A stretch of DNA of 35,550 bases from Dehalococcoidia bacterium (GCA_963581905.1 CAUZQF010000001.1:1-35550); one strand, 5' to 3'; shown: positions 9,873 to 20,638, counted from the first letter of the stretch. A program made the numbers and translations. Notes: generated from the sequence alone by a model not told the origin.

Positions 9873-10674
9873 GATAGAAGGTCAACAGTGTCAGCGTTAT
9901 TCCCAAGAATGCCAGGGTGATTATAGCCGAGAACAGCGTGGGCATATCGAGGTTGCTGTGGGCCACGATAACGATGCTCCCCAGGCCTCTGTCGCCGCTG
10001 AACCACTCTCCCACTACTGCGCCGATTACCGAAAGGGGGATGGATATCCTAAAAGCGGCGAACAGGTACGGCAGCGCACTCGGCAAACGCAATTTCAGAT
10101 AGATCTCTCTGCGTGACGAGCTTAACGACCTGAAGTAGTCCAAGGCTCCAGGCTCCACGGCTCGCAGTCCGGTCATGGCGTTTACAAGCACAGGAAAGAA
10201 CGTAATAAGGGCGGCTATGAATATCTTGGGCAAGGAGCCGAACCCAAACCAGATCACGAACAGCGGGGCTATGGCAACTATGGGAGTCACCTTCACCAGC
10301 ACCGCAATAGGCAGCAGGCTGCGCTCCAGGAGCCTTGAATGCGCCATCAGGGTTGCTCCGATGAGAGCGACGCCTGCGCCCAAGGCAAAACCACCCAGCG
10401 CTTCCAGCAGCGTGATGCCACCGTGCCAGGCGAAGAACCCCAGGTCGCTCACCAGCCTCACGAATACGACAGAGGGCATAGGCAGTATGTACACCGGAAC
10501 GTTGGCAATGCGTAGCCAAATCTCCCAGATGGCCAGCAGCGAGGCCAGGGCCACCACAGGCGGAACGATATACGCGGCAGGTGAAGTCCAAATAGAGCTG
10601 GAGGGCGTCGCGCGTCTGCGTTCTAAGGATGATCCCACCGACACTTCGCTCTCTTCTCGCGAGATGTTGTCCAC
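9826..10674 (-). CDS. ABC transporter permease (NitT/TauT family, SsuC/TauC-like)
   Basis: 282-aa multi-pass membrane ORF with an EAA-type loop region (LSSSRREIYLKLRLPSALPY). Its GTG start lies 1 nt after the ATPase stop. Confidence 0.88.
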   Translation of the reverse strand: MDNISREESEVSVGSSLERRRATPSSSIWTSPAAYIVPPVVALASLLAIWEIWLRIANVPVYILPMPSVVFVRLVSDLGFFAWHGGITLLEALGGFALGAGVALIGATLMAHSRLLERSLLPIAVLVKVTPIVAIAPLFVIWFGFGSLPKIFIAALITFFPVLVNAMTGLRAVEPGALDYFRSLSSSRREIYLKLRLPSALPYLFAAFRISIPLSVIGAVVGEWFSGDRGLGSIVIVAHSNLDMPTLFSAIITLAFLGITLTLLTFYLERKILFWHSSAIVT

Positions 10675-10675
10675 T

Positions 10676-11473
10676 TTAATGGACCGCGCTGAAGGGGCTG
10701 GCTGAGGCCCCCTGTTTCAAGGTGTCGCGCACCAAGTAAGTGTAGTCCAAGAAATCCAGAGACTTCTCCAAGGACTGGTCCCTGGGATGGGGCAGGTCAA
10801 TCTCGATGTCCTTCAGTATGCGGCCGGGCCGGGAGGACATTACCACCACTCTCTCCGACAGCGCCACCGCCTCAGCGATGCCATGCGTAACGAATACAAC
10901 GGTCTTCCGTTTGTTGCGTTCCCAAACGCTGAGAATCTCGTACCGCATGGCCTCACGAGTCATCTCGTCCAGAGCGCCCAGAGGCTCGTCCATGAGGAGT
11001 ACGTCCGGGTCGGTGGCCAATGCCCGCGCCAACGCCACACGTTGGCGCATTCCGCCAGATAGCTCGTGGGGGTGGTAGTTGGCAAATTCCGTCAAGTCCA
11101 TAACATCCAGGAGGCGGTCCACATCATCGTTGGCTCGGTTGCCTGCCGCAGTGTTTAGCTCCAGGGGAAGCCGAATGTTTTGTGCAACGGTTCGCCAGGG
11201 CAGTAGGGAAGAGTCCTGAAAGACGAATCCAATCGACTTGCGGCGCTGGGCATCTTTTGGATCAGCACCGTCTATGGTCACGGAGCCGACATCTGGAACG
11301 AGTAGCCCGCCTATCAGTTTGAGCAAAGTCGTCTTGCCGCAGCCGCTCGGGCCGATCACAGAGACGAAGGCTCCCTGCTCAATCTCAATGTCGACATCCG
11401 ATAAAACGGGGAGAATCATACCGTTTACTTCGAAGGAGTGGGACAGCGATTTGACGGATATTGCTGGCTTCAT
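10676..11473 (-). CDS. ABC transporter ATP-binding protein (NitT/TauT family)
   Basis: Walker A GPSGCGKTT, ABC signature LSGGMRQRVALARAL, Walker B LLMDEPLGALD. The ATG at 11473 (MKPAISVKSL) is preferred over the longer track ORF that reaches 11536. Confidence 0.92.
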   Translation of the reverse strand: MKPAISVKSLSHSFEVNGMILPVLSDVDIEIEQGAFVSVIGPSGCGKTTLLKLIGGLLVPDVGSVTIDGADPKDAQRRKSIGFVFQDSSLLPWRTVAQNIRLPLELNTAAGNRANDDVDRLLDVMDLTEFANYHPHELSGGMRQRVALARALATDPDVLLMDEPLGALDEMTREAMRYEILSVWERNKRKTVVFVTHGIAEAVALSERVVVMSSRPGRILKDIEIDLPHPRDQSLEKSLDFLDYTYLVRDTLKQGASASPFSAVH

Positions 11474-11806
11474 AGTGGTTTGCACCTGTATTTGCCTGCC
11501 ATCGGAATCATGGTAGCATAGCTTACAGTAAATCAACCATTTGACGTGGCCATGAAGGGCCTCGTGTACAGCGATTTCAAGTCCTATGGCTGGTTGGTAG
11601 GAAGAATATTAACCCATTAAGTGGAGACAGCTTTCATCGTTGCTAGCTGGAGCAGATAATTCGCAGATATTCCTAAGAGAGATCGTTTGAGGTCTCCCAG
11701 CGCAAGGCCACAATTCTGCCGTCGTGATGTACAATCTTGCGAAATGTCCCCCAATTAATAAGGCGATTTCAGTTAGACAAAAAATGTAAATGTAAAGGAG
11801 GGCGTG

Positions 11807-13546
11807 ATGGTTGACACATCAGCTCCGGCAAAAGACGAAGACGCGATGGAAGCTAGGGATCTGACCGACGGCTTTCATCTCGTCATCGATGCTCTCAAGC
11901 TCAATGACATAGACACGATTTACAATGTGCCAGGTATCCCGATAACGGACCTAGGCCGTATGATGCAGGCGTCTGGAATGCGAATCTTCTCATTCCGGCA
12001 CGAACAAAACGCGGGCTACGCGGCGGCAATTTCGGGCTTCATGACGAAAAAGCCTGGGATTTGCCTCACTGTTTCAGCACCGGGTTTTCTCAACGGACTC
12101 ACGGCCCTGGCTCATGCAACAACCAACTGCTTTCCGATGATCCTCATTAGTGGCTCGTCCGAACGCGAGATCGTCGACCTGCAGCAGGGCGATTATGAAG
12201 AGATGGACCAGCTTGCCATTGCCAAGCCTCTCTGTAAGGCCGCCTACCGCGTTCTCAATGCCCAGGACATCGGCATCGGCATTGCGCGTGCCATCCGGGC
12301 AGCGGTTTCCGGACGCCCGGGCGGTGTCTATCTCGACCTTCCGGGGAAGCTCTTTGGACAGGTCATGGACGCGGAAGCGGGTGCCAAGACACTCGTCAAA
12401 GTCATCGATCCGGCACCGCGCCAGCTACCCGCGCCAGAGTCGGTTGACCGCGCTATCCAGTTACTCAAGGCAGCCGAGCGTCCTCTGATAATTCTCGGTA
12501 AGGGAGCAGCCTACTCGCAAGCAGACGCTGACATTCGGGACCTAGTAGAGAAGAGCGGCATTCCCTATCTGCCAATGAGCATGGCCAAGGGTTTGTTGCC
12601 GGATACGCACCCGCAGTCTGCTTCTGCGGCCCGCTCGCTGGTGCTGAGAGACGCCGATGTGGTCATGGTGATCGGAGCTCGCATAAATTGGCTCCTATCT
12701 CATGGCAAGGGCAGGACCTGGGGCGATAATGCCAAGAAGTTTATTCACATCGATATCGAGCCCAAAGAGATGGATAGCAACGTCGAAATAGCTGCTCCGC
12801 TGGTCGGCGACATCGGTTCGTGCGTCGCGGCCCTGCTTGCTGGAATGGGTGAGGACTGGGCGAAGCCGCCGAGTTCCTGGACTGACGATGTCAGGACTCG
12901 GGTGGAGACAAACATTGCGCGCATGGCGCCCAGGCTACAAAACGAGAACATGCCAATGGATTTCCATGGTGCGCTTGGCGCGCTGCGGACTATCATCGAA
13001 GAGCGACCGGACTCGATCCTCGTAAATGAGGGAGCCAATTCGCTGGATTTCACACGCTCAATCATCGATATGTACAAGCCCCGCAAACGGCTGGATGTTG
13101 GGACTTGGGGCGTCATGGGAATTGGCATGGGTTCGGCCATTGCGGCCGCAGTCGTGACAGGCGAGCCAGTTCTCGCCATCGAAGGCGACAGCGCCTTTGG
13201 TTTCTCGGCCATGGAGATTGAGACGATCTGCCGTTATAACCTGCCGGTCTGCGTGGTCGTTCTCAATAACGGCGGCATCTATAACGGCCCGGCGGCCAAT
13301 CCCACAGAGGGTAACAACGTCGCTACCACCGTCTTCGTCGAGGAAGCCCGCTACGACAAGATGATGGAGGCCTTCGGCGGCGTCGGCGTAAAGGTGACAT
13401 CTCCGAGCGAATTGAGTCGTGCCGTGAACGAGGCCATGGATTCTGGCAAACCAACACTGGTGAACGCTATCATTGACGGCAGCGCTGGTACGGAGAGTGG
13501 TCGCATCGGCAACCTCAATCCTCAAAGCGTCGTTTCCAAGAAATAA
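11807..13546 (+). CDS. oxc: oxalyl-CoA decarboxylase (thiamine-diphosphate dependent)
   Basis: Near-colinear with Oxalobacter-type Oxc as I recall it: [101 protein letters not shown] lies 5 nt before the ATG at 11807; the track starts at the GTG at 11804. Confidence 0.93.
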   Translation: MVDTSAPAKDEDAMEARDLTDGFHLVIDALKLNDIDTIYNVPGIPITDLGRMMQASGMRIFSFRHEQNAGYAAAISGFMTKKPGICLTVSAPGFLNGLTALAHATTNCFPMILISGSSEREIVDLQQGDYEEMDQLAIAKPLCKAAYRVLNAQDIGIGIARAIRAAVSGRPGGVYLDLPGKLFGQVMDAEAGAKTLVKVIDPAPRQLPAPESVDRAIQLLKAAERPLIILGKGAAYSQADADIRDLVEKSGIPYLPMSMAKGLLPDTHPQSASAARSLVLRDADVVMVIGARINWLLSHGKGRTWGDNAKKFIHIDIEPKEMDSNVEIAAPLVGDIGSCVAALLAGMGEDWAKPPSSWTDDVRTRVETNIARMAPRLQNENMPMDFHGALGALRTIIEERPDSILVNEGANSLDFTRSIIDMYKPRKRLDVGTWGVMGIGMGSAIAAAVVTGEPVLAIEGDSAFGFSAMEIETICRYNLPVCVVVLNNGGIYNGPAANPTEGNNVATTVFVEEARYDKMMEAFGGVGVKVTSPSELSRAVNEAMDSGKPTLVNAIIDGSAGTESGRIGNLNPQSVVSKK

Positions 13547-13650
13547 CGAAGGGTTACGGCAACAGGCCGGCTATTCTACGTAAGTAGCTAACAAAGGCTC
13601 AAGGGAATATCGCCCTTAAGTCCCAATTGAAAATTAAGTAGGAGTAATAG

Positions 13651-14898
13651 ATGAAAGCTCTTGAAGGCGTCCGTATATTGGATATGACCCACGTTCAGTC
13701 CGGCCCCACATGCACGCAATTGCTGGCGTGGTTCGGCGCGGACGTGATCAAGATCGAACGACCTGGCGTTGGTGACATAACTCGTGGACAGTTACGCGAC
13801 ATTCCCGACGTCGACAGTCTCTACTTCACCATGCTTAACCACAATAAGCGCAGTGTGACGCTCAATCCCAAGACCGAGCAGGGAACAAAGATATTCACGA
13901 AACTGATCGAAGAATGTGACGTGATGGTGGAGAACTTTGGTCCCGGAGCCATCGACCGCATGGGCTTTCCGTGGGAGAAGATCCAGGAGATCAATCCACG
14001 CATGATTTATGCCTCGATCAAGGGCTTCGGCCCGGGCCCGTATGACGACTGTAAGGTATACGAGAACGTTGCTCAGTGCACCGGCGGCGCGGCGTCGACA
14101 ACAGGCTTCCTTGACGGGATACCCACGGTGACCGGCGCACAAATAGGCGACTCTGGAACGGGACTGCATCTCGCTCTGGGTATCGTCACCGCACTCTTCC
14201 AGCGTGAGCAGTCCGGCAAGGGCCAACGCGTCGAGTGCGCCATGCAGGACGGTATTATCAACCTGTGTCGTGTGAAACTGCGGGATCAGCAGCGTCTCTC
14301 CCATGGCCCTCTAAACGAATATAGCCAGCACGGCGAAGGTATCCCCTTTGGTGAAGTCACACCTCGTGCGGGCAATGACTCCGGTGGCGGACAGCCGGGC
14401 ACGATCCTCAAGTGCAAGGGTTGGGAGACGGACCCCAATGCCTTTGTCTATTTCATTGCTCAGGCTGCGGTCTGGGGTAACATCTGCGGTCTGATTGGCA
14501 AAGAAGAATGGAAAGATGATCCAGATTATGCGACGCCCGCAGTGCGACTCAACAAGATGAAGGCCATTTTCGGGACGATCGAAGAATGGACCATGACCTT
14601 GGATAAGTTCGACGTCATGAGCCAGTGCAACCCGCTGAATATTCCTGTCGGGCCGATCCTTTCGATGAAGGAGATATCCGAGGAGCCTTCACTGCGCGAA
14701 ACCGGCACCATAGTTGAAGTCGAGCACCCCGAGCGGGGCAATTATCTCAGCGTTGGCAACCCGATAAAGCTGTCGGCATCACCGTCCGATGTCATACGTT
14801 CGCCGCTCTTGGGTGAGCACACTGACGAAATCCTAAAGTCGGTAGTTGGCCTCAGTGGGGAGGAGATCGCCGCCGCCCACGAATCAGGCGCGGTCTAA
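13651..14898 (+). CDS. frc: formyl-CoA:oxalate CoA-transferase (family III CoA-transferase)
   Basis: Colinear with Frc: [105 protein letters not shown] lies upstream of the ATG. Confidence 0.95.
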   Translation: MKALEGVRILDMTHVQSGPTCTQLLAWFGADVIKIERPGVGDITRGQLRDIPDVDSLYFTMLNHNKRSVTLNPKTEQGTKIFTKLIEECDVMVENFGPGAIDRMGFPWEKIQEINPRMIYASIKGFGPGPYDDCKVYENVAQCTGGAASTTGFLDGIPTVTGAQIGDSGTGLHLALGIVTALFQREQSGKGQRVECAMQDGIINLCRVKLRDQQRLSHGPLNEYSQHGEGIPFGEVTPRAGNDSGGGQPGTILKCKGWETDPNAFVYFIAQAAVWGNICGLIGKEEWKDDPDYATPAVRLNKMKAIFGTIEEWTMTLDKFDVMSQCNPLNIPVGPILSMKEISEEPSLRETGTIVEVEHPERGNYLSVGNPIKLSASPSDVIRSPLLGEHTDEILKSVVGLSGEEIAAAHESGAV

Positions 14899-14936
14899 CC
14901 GGGGGCATGCGAACACCAGCGTTGCTAAGTTGAAAT

Positions 14937-14969
14937 AAAAAAGGGGCTCTTTTACAGAGCCCCTTTTTC
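14937..14969. terminator. bidirectional intrinsic terminator between convergent frc and galE
   Basis: AAAAAAGGGGCTCT-TTTA-CAGAGCCCCTTTTTC: a GC-rich stem flanked by an A-run on one side and a T-run on the other. Confidence 0.85.
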
Positions 14970-14983
14970 ATTGGCTGTGGAAA

Positions 14984-15994
14984 TTATTCTTCGCCCAGGA
15001 TGGAGTCGCGTATCTTGCCCCACTTCAGCGAATCGGAGATGCTGTCCTCGATTGTTAGCCTGGTGGTCCAGCCCAGCAGGTCTCTGGCCCTGTCGGCGTT
15101 GGCGAAGGCGCCCGCGACGTCGCCGGGCCTGGCCGGAGCTTCCGAGTGGTTGATCTTCGAGCCGTAGACCTTCTGGAAAGCCTTAACGAACTCTCTGACG
15201 GTCACACCGTTGCCCGTGCCCAGGTTGATGACGCCGTATGAGCCGGAGTCGCCCGCGCCCAACACGGCCGAGTCGAAGTGTTCGACGGCCTGAACGTGAG
15301 CCTGAGCCAGGTCCCACACGTGTATGTAATCGCGGATGCCGGTGCCGTCGCGAGTTGGCCAGTCCACGCCGGTAATCTGGAACTCCGGTATGTGGCCCAG
15401 CGCGACCCCCACCAGTCGGCCCAGAATATGACTGGGATTCTTTTCTTGCAGGCCGGTGCGCATCTTAGGGTCCGCGCCTATGGGATTGAAGTAACGCAGA
15501 GCGATGCCCTTCAGAACGTAGGCCTCGGAAAAGTCCTGGAGCACCATCTCCATCATATATTTGGTGCGAGCGTAAGGGCTCAGGGGCTTCAGTGGCGACG
15601 ACTCGGTGACCGTGAAGTTGGACACCGCGTCGTACACGGATGCCGATGAGCTGAACACCACGCGATGGCAGCCTAACTCCGGCAGCATCTTGAATAGCTC
15701 CAGCGAGTTGGCGACGTTTGCGCGGTAGTAGTCGTAGGGTTGGCTCATGGACTCAGCCACTACCTTGAGCGCGGCGCAGTGGATCGTACAGAAGATATCA
15801 GGATGGTCTTTGAAAACCTGTTTCAAGGCCTTATGGTCGGCTACGTCAGCCTCGTAGAAGGCGCGGTCCCCGACGAACTCACGGCGACCGGCTATCAGGT
15901 TGTCCAGGACTACGGGTGTGTGGCCATGCTCTTCCAGGGCTGCTGCGATGGTGCTACCGATGTATCCCGCGCCGCCTGTGACCAGAATTTTCAT
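14984..15994 (-). CDS. galE: UDP-glucose 4-epimerase (NAD-dependent SDR epimerase)
   Basis: 336-aa ORF with N-terminal MKILVTGGAGYIGS, the YxxxK catalytic motif (YARTKYMME) and a GalE-like C-terminal half (RDYIHVWDLAQAH). Confidence 0.88.
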   Translation of the reverse strand: MKILVTGGAGYIGSTIAAALEEHGHTPVVLDNLIAGRREFVGDRAFYEADVADHKALKQVFKDHPDIFCTIHCAALKVVAESMSQPYDYYRANVANSLELFKMLPELGCHRVVFSSSASVYDAVSNFTVTESSPLKPLSPYARTKYMMEMVLQDFSEAYVLKGIALRYFNPIGADPKMRTGLQEKNPSHILGRLVGVALGHIPEFQITGVDWPTRDGTGIRDYIHVWDLAQAHVQAVEHFDSAVLGAGDSGSYGVINLGTGNGVTVREFVKAFQKVYGSKINHSEAPARPGDVAGAFANADRARDLLGWTTRLTIEDSISDSLKWGKIRDSILGEE

Positions 15995-16172
15995 GGTGGC
16001 CCCCTGCTGAAGGTTTCTTCCGCGATGAGTTGTTACTCAATGAAAATCATATGCTGTTGAGGGGCAATTCTCAATGCCGGGTTGGAATGAACGAGGAACG
16101 GAGTTAGATACCTAATATTGCCAATATGGACTTGGCGTTACGTTTTAGAGTAGCGGGGGGAGGCATTTCTGC

Positions 16173-16484
16173 TTAAGTTCCGAGTTCTGATAATAGGTCA
16201 TCAATAACGTTCGCAGTACCCAAAGCGTATTTTCTTGTCTCTATGGACAGGGTTTCTAACAAGTTAAAATTTTCGTCAACTCCATTTTCGGGACGGCCTT
16301 CGTAGGACTCCACGAGAATATCCGCACTAGTAAGTATCGATAAGGTGTAGTAAACAGGCGGATTTTCATCAGATTCGATCCGTATATTTCCACCCTGTAA
16401 ACGTACTTGGAACTTTCTGGTGGAGGGAAACAGATCTACAAGTGCCTGCCATTGCAGTTCGCCCATTAAGGTTTGAGGGAGCAA
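16173..16484 (-). CDS. orphan hypothetical protein, probably N-terminally frameshifted
   Basis: 103-aa ORF with no family I recognise. A much better start (ATG at 16519 with GAGGAAAA 5 nt upstream, 15 nt after the upstream gene's stop) is in the +1 frame and stops after 17 codons. The span 16519..16173 is 347 nt (3n+2), which fits a single-base deletion. Confidence 0.45.
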   Translation of the reverse strand: MLPQTLMGELQWQALVDLFPSTRKFQVRLQGGNIRIESDENPPVYYTLSILTSADILVESYEGRPENGVDENFNLLETLSIETRKYALGTANVIDDLLSELGT

Positions 16485-16534
16485 TTTCTTAGCGATAGCA
16501 ATTGCTTTGTTTCAGCCATGATTTTCCTCTACCA

Positions 16535-17032
16535 TCAGAAGGAGTTTTGAAGGTCTCCAGATAATTCCACTAACAAGGGTTGTTTGTTTTGCAAGGTTGC
16601 AATGTGACGTTCTGGCTTAGGCGGTTCAGTCGACAATCCTACAGCTTTGCGCAGGGCCATCTCATTTCGTTGAAGCTTCTTAATGAAGACGTCCAACTCA
16701 GACTGATGCCGATCAGCCAGATCCGAATGTTGAACCTTAATTTGCGTTAACAGATCCCTGAGACCTTGGTAACGATAAAGCGCATGATCTCACAGTTCCC
16801 CAGTGTAAAAGGCCCGAATCTCCTGCACATTCGCTTGGGCTCTTTACACTGCAATTAGAACGAGATTCTTCGTCATGCTGTCTTTGGTTTCCGCTACCGC
16901 GCGGCTAGCGGCTTCGACTGCGTCAGCAGTCTTACTGATCTGATAGAAAGCAACATAAAACCCGATCACCGTTACGATCAGGCCTATGACTGAGGCGATA
17001 CTTTGCCAATGATCTAAAATGAATTCCAACAA
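16535..17032 (-). pseudogene. orphan membrane-anchored coiled-coil protein interrupted by two in-frame stops
   Basis: One frame reads LEFILDHWQSIASVIGLIVTVIGFYVAFYQ (a transmembrane helix), then ...NLVLIAV, TAA (16846..16844), RAQANVQEIRAFYTGEL, TGA (16792..16790), and DHALYRYQGLRDLLTQIKVQHSDLADRHQSELDVFIKKLQRNEMALRK...NSF with the terminal TGA at 16537..16535. There is no frameshift, and the sequence looks protein-like on both sides of each stop. Confidence 0.5.
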
Positions 17033-17120
17033 ATAGATGCAACTTTGTGAGAATTTAGGGATGGACTGTACATATTATTGCCCCCCCTTAAATATATAGC
17101 ATGGGACTGACTGGCTTATC

Positions 17121-18776
17121 CTACAGCGCTTCCTCGCCAGCATCTCGAAGCATCATTTCGCGGACCAGCGGTATGGGCGGCGCTCCGAAAGACAGAAAGG
17201 TATCGTGGAACTGCTTTAGCGAGAAGCGATCACCTTTTTCCGCCCGATAATCCTCACGAAGCTTCAGAATCATCAGCTTGCCAAGAGTGTAGTTCAGGTA
17301 CATCGGGTCGAAGGTGCCGCGTGCGGCCTCTTTCTGGGCGGGCAGCTCTTCCATGTAGGCGTTTTCCATGAAGAATTGCGTCGCCTCATCCAGACTCATG
17401 CCCTGGGTATGCATGCGAATGGCGCATATGAATCGGCAGTCACGAAGCAGTGCCTCCATAAGCTGTCCCAGCACGTTTCGGGGGTCGTCGCTGCCGTAGC
17501 CCTCTTCAATCATCATCTGCTCTGTGTAGTGGGCCCAGCCCTCCCAGAAGGAGTAGGCGCCAAAAATGGTCCCGATCTTGGATTTCGTGTTCTTCGTGTG
17601 CAAGTAATGAACGTAGTGGCCGGGGTACGCTTCATGAACGGATACCGCTCTCAGCGTCGCGTAGTTGAAAGAGGTAAGCCACTGCTCTTTCTCCTCGTCG
17701 CTCCAGTCGTCCTCCACCGGCGTGACGTAGTAGTAGGTCTGCGTCGCCTTTTCTTCGTATGGGCCGGGGAAGTCCAGAGCTGCGAAGGCCCATCGCATGA
17801 AGGACGGCGTCTCGGTTGTGATGCAACGAATGTCCGAGGGGATCGTGACGATGTCTTTGTCGATCAGGTATTGGCGAATCTCCTCCAGCATGTCGCGGGT
17901 GTAGGGGATAAGCTGGTCCGCTGCCGGGTGGTCGCTGGCGATTTCGGACATTACTTCGGCAGGAGACTTATTAGGACTTACTTTAGCCGCCAACTGTTGG
18001 AAGCGGGCGAGGTTGCCGCCTAGGTCCGCTACGCCGATTTCAAGCAGACGCTCCAGTGGCAGGTCTACCATCTCACCGTAATTCAGGAGCTTGGTAAATC
18101 TCTCAGAGCCGATGGCAAACTTCTCCGGAGCATGCTCCAACATAGAGTTCAGGAACCCAATAAATTTGGTTATTGACGTAGACGCCCCGTCTCTTGCACT
18201 GATGAAGCGAGCATACAGCTCCTGGTTTTCCAGGTCCGTAACGGCCTCGACCAGATCGTTCTGATAAAAGGTCTTTACGCCTGTGTAAGCTTCAATGCTG
18301 GCCTCAATTACGGCCTTTCCAGGCGAATGCGCCATCAGTTCTTGAAGCTGTCCCAGGTATTTAGGAACGGCTCTCAGGGCGGATACTAGGGCCGTGACCC
18401 TCTCTTCTAGAGGCGCATACTCGCGTTGCACGTAGTGGCTAACCTCGATGTGCCACAGCATCTCCATGGGATTTGTCTCTTGCAACTTGAGCTCAGTTAA
18501 CTCGAACAGCTCTTTGCGTAGGGCCGTTAGAAGGATCTCGTAGTCGTAATAGTTCTTGTGGCTTAGCGCCGTATTATCTATGTTTTCCAGAGAAGCTATG
18601 CCGATCTGCAACTCCCTGGTGCGCTCTGCGAGGGACGTCTTGGAAATGTCAGGAATGCGGCCATCAAACTGGTGCAGGCCCAGTCCTGAGGCAAGGTCCG
18701 GGTATCGTTGCCATGTCTTCTCGAGGATATCGCTGATGGCCCCTTCAAAGAGGCGATCGGCTTCATTAACAGCCAT
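17121..18776 (-). CDS. DUF885-family protein (putative metallopeptidase-like)
   Basis: 551-aa ORF with the characteristic HEAYPGHYVH motif and DUF885-type length and architecture. Confidence 0.82.
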   Translation of the reverse strand: MAVNEADRLFEGAISDILEKTWQRYPDLASGLGLHQFDGRIPDISKTSLAERTRELQIGIASLENIDNTALSHKNYYDYEILLTALRKELFELTELKLQETNPMEMLWHIEVSHYVQREYAPLEERVTALVSALRAVPKYLGQLQELMAHSPGKAVIEASIEAYTGVKTFYQNDLVEAVTDLENQELYARFISARDGASTSITKFIGFLNSMLEHAPEKFAIGSERFTKLLNYGEMVDLPLERLLEIGVADLGGNLARFQQLAAKVSPNKSPAEVMSEIASDHPAADQLIPYTRDMLEEIRQYLIDKDIVTIPSDIRCITTETPSFMRWAFAALDFPGPYEEKATQTYYYVTPVEDDWSDEEKEQWLTSFNYATLRAVSVHEAYPGHYVHYLHTKNTKSKIGTIFGAYSFWEGWAHYTEQMMIEEGYGSDDPRNVLGQLMEALLRDCRFICAIRMHTQGMSLDEATQFFMENAYMEELPAQKEAARGTFDPMYLNYTLGKLMILKLREDYRAEKGDRFSLKQFHDTFLSFGAPPIPLVREMMLRDAGEEAL

Positions 18777-18975
18777 TTTGGACTCCTGGATTAACTGTGA
18801 ATTGCTATTTTGAGGTACAACCTGTCTATTTTAGCTTTTGCGGACGTTGTAGCAATAGCTTTTCCTGGCTATCTGGAATAAATCAAAAGGAAAATAGGCC
18901 TTTGTATTTATCATTCACAAAGCATTACCTGGCGTGCTAGGCTTGCTCAACACAAAAACAGTAGGACGAATACCG

Positions 18976-19971
18976 ATGAACAAAGAGAATGCCACAGAAG
19001 AAGAACAGATGGCTGACGGCAAGGCACGGGACGCATGGGCAGCGCCTCAGGAGAATCCCAAGTACCTGTGGATGTCAGGCGAGCAAGTGGATTGGGACAA
19101 GGCCACGGTTCACGCATCACGGCTGGGTTGGTCGGCCATATCGATGGTATTCGAGGGCATTCGCGGCTACTGGAACGCCGAACATGAGAAGCTGTACATA
19201 TTTCATCTGGACGCGCACCTGAAGCGCCTCATGCAGTCCATGCGAGTAATGCGCATGAGATCACCTTGGACGACGCAGGAGCTTTCGCAACACATCCTGG
19301 AGCTGGTGAAGGCCAACGAGTTCAGAGGTGACATCTACATTCAGCCGACGGCATACTTCGGCGAAGGCACGCCGGGGTACCTGGCTGTGCAGGAGCGGCC
19401 TGGAGAGATAATCATTCACAACAGGGCAGCGTCTTCGACTTTGGGATCAGGTAACGCCGTCACCTGCGGCGTAAGCTCCTGGAATCGCATCTCGGACAAC
19501 GTGATGCCGCCCAGGGTAAAGGCCATCGCCAACTACCAGAACAGTCGTTACGTGGCGGACGAGTCGTCCCGGCACGGCTACGACTTTGGCATTATTTTGA
19601 ACCAGCAGGGCAAGGTAACCGAGATTTCCTATGCCTGTATCTTCATCGTTAGAGACAGCGTCGCCATTACGCCGCCTGCTTCCGCCGGCACTCTGGAGAG
19701 CATTACCAGCGAAGTCGTGATTGAGCTTTTGGAGAAAGAGTTGGGCGTTCCAGTCCAACAGCGGGACATCGATAGGACCGAGCTCTACATCGCGGACGAG
19801 GCTTTCATATGCGGCACGGGAGCAGAGGTGCAGGCAATATCCAGCATAGACGGCTACCAGTTCGGCGATGGTAATGTCGGGCCGCTTGTGAGCAAGTTAG
19901 AGCAGCTTTTCCACGATGTGGTGCGAGGGAAGACCTCTGGACACGCGGAATGGAGAACTGAGGTATACTAG
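18976..19971 (+). CDS. ilvE: branched-chain amino acid aminotransferase (PLP fold type IV)
   Basis: Class IV aminotransferase pattern: EGIRGYW, RLMQSMRVMRM, NAVTCGVSSWNR, and KAIANYQNS around the PLP lysine region. The track ORF begins at the GTG at 18934; the ATG at 18976 (MNKENATEE) is chosen here. Confidence 0.85.
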   Translation: MNKENATEEEQMADGKARDAWAAPQENPKYLWMSGEQVDWDKATVHASRLGWSAISMVFEGIRGYWNAEHEKLYIFHLDAHLKRLMQSMRVMRMRSPWTTQELSQHILELVKANEFRGDIYIQPTAYFGEGTPGYLAVQERPGEIIIHNRAASSTLGSGNAVTCGVSSWNRISDNVMPPRVKAIANYQNSRYVADESSRHGYDFGIILNQQGKVTEISYACIFIVRDSVAITPPASAGTLESITSEVVIELLEKELGVPVQQRDIDRTELYIADEAFICGTGAEVQAISSIDGYQFGDGNVGPLVSKLEQLFHDVVRGKTSGHAEWRTEVY

Positions 19972-20003
19972 CCCATTATTGCTTCTAGTGAGGAGAGTAT
20001 CGA

Positions 20004-20618
20004 ATGATATACGAGTTTCGTACGTACGACCTTAAGCCAAGATCTGTTCCTGATTTTGAGAACGGATTTGCGGAAAAGCTACCAGGCAGGCTGGAGTTTG
20101 GCCCGCTAGGTGGCCTTTGGCACACCGAATTTGGTGCACTGAACCAGGTACTTCACGTATGGCCATATGAAGATACGGCCGCCCGAGATGCAACCAGGGC
20201 AAAGGCTGTAGCCGCAGGAGTGTGGCCACCGAACACCTCCCAGTACATCGTCAACATGAACTCAGAGATTCTGTTGCCAGCGCCTTTCATGCCTGAAATG
20301 ACAGAGCGCAAAATTGGACCTATCTTTGAGCTGCGAATGTACACCTACAACCCCGGCGATATCCCCAAGGTTATGGAAGCATGGGGCGGCGCCATCGAAG
20401 AGCGACAGAAGTACTCCCCTCTAGTAGGCGCGTGGTACTCCGATGTAGGAAACCTCAATCGCTGGTTCCACATGTGGGCATACGATAGCTTGGAGCAGCG
20501 CGCACAGGTGCGTGCCGAGACCAGGGAGAAGGGCGTCTGGCCTCCCCCTAGCAGCGTTTCACCTATCAAGCAGGAGAACAAGCTTCTCATGCCTGCTGCC
20601 TGCTCACCCATGCAGTAG
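20004..20618 (+). CDS. NIPSNAP family protein (two tandem NIPSNAP repeats)
   Basis: MIYEFRTYDLKP...LWHTEFGALNQVLHVWPYED is repeated as IFELRMYTY...GAWYSDVGNLNRWFHMWAYDS. A GAGGAG RBS precedes the start. Confidence 0.8.
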   Translation: MIYEFRTYDLKPRSVPDFENGFAEKLPGRLEFGPLGGLWHTEFGALNQVLHVWPYEDTAARDATRAKAVAAGVWPPNTSQYIVNMNSEILLPAPFMPEMTERKIGPIFELRMYTYNPGDIPKVMEAWGGAIEERQKYSPLVGAWYSDVGNLNRWFHMWAYDSLEQRAQVRAETREKGVWPPPSSVSPIKQENKLLMPAACSPMQ

Positions 20619-20638
20619 AAGCCTTTTAACGGCATTAG

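Noticed and set aside
16100-17095. Flanking repeats or mobile-element boundaries around the lower-GC islet
   Set aside because: I saw only trivial similarities (TATTGCC, and a G-run at about 16156 against a C-run at about 17082). There are no convincing direct or inverted repeats, no integrase or transposase, and no tRNA target. The islet is therefore reported as a compositional anomaly, not as a mobile element.
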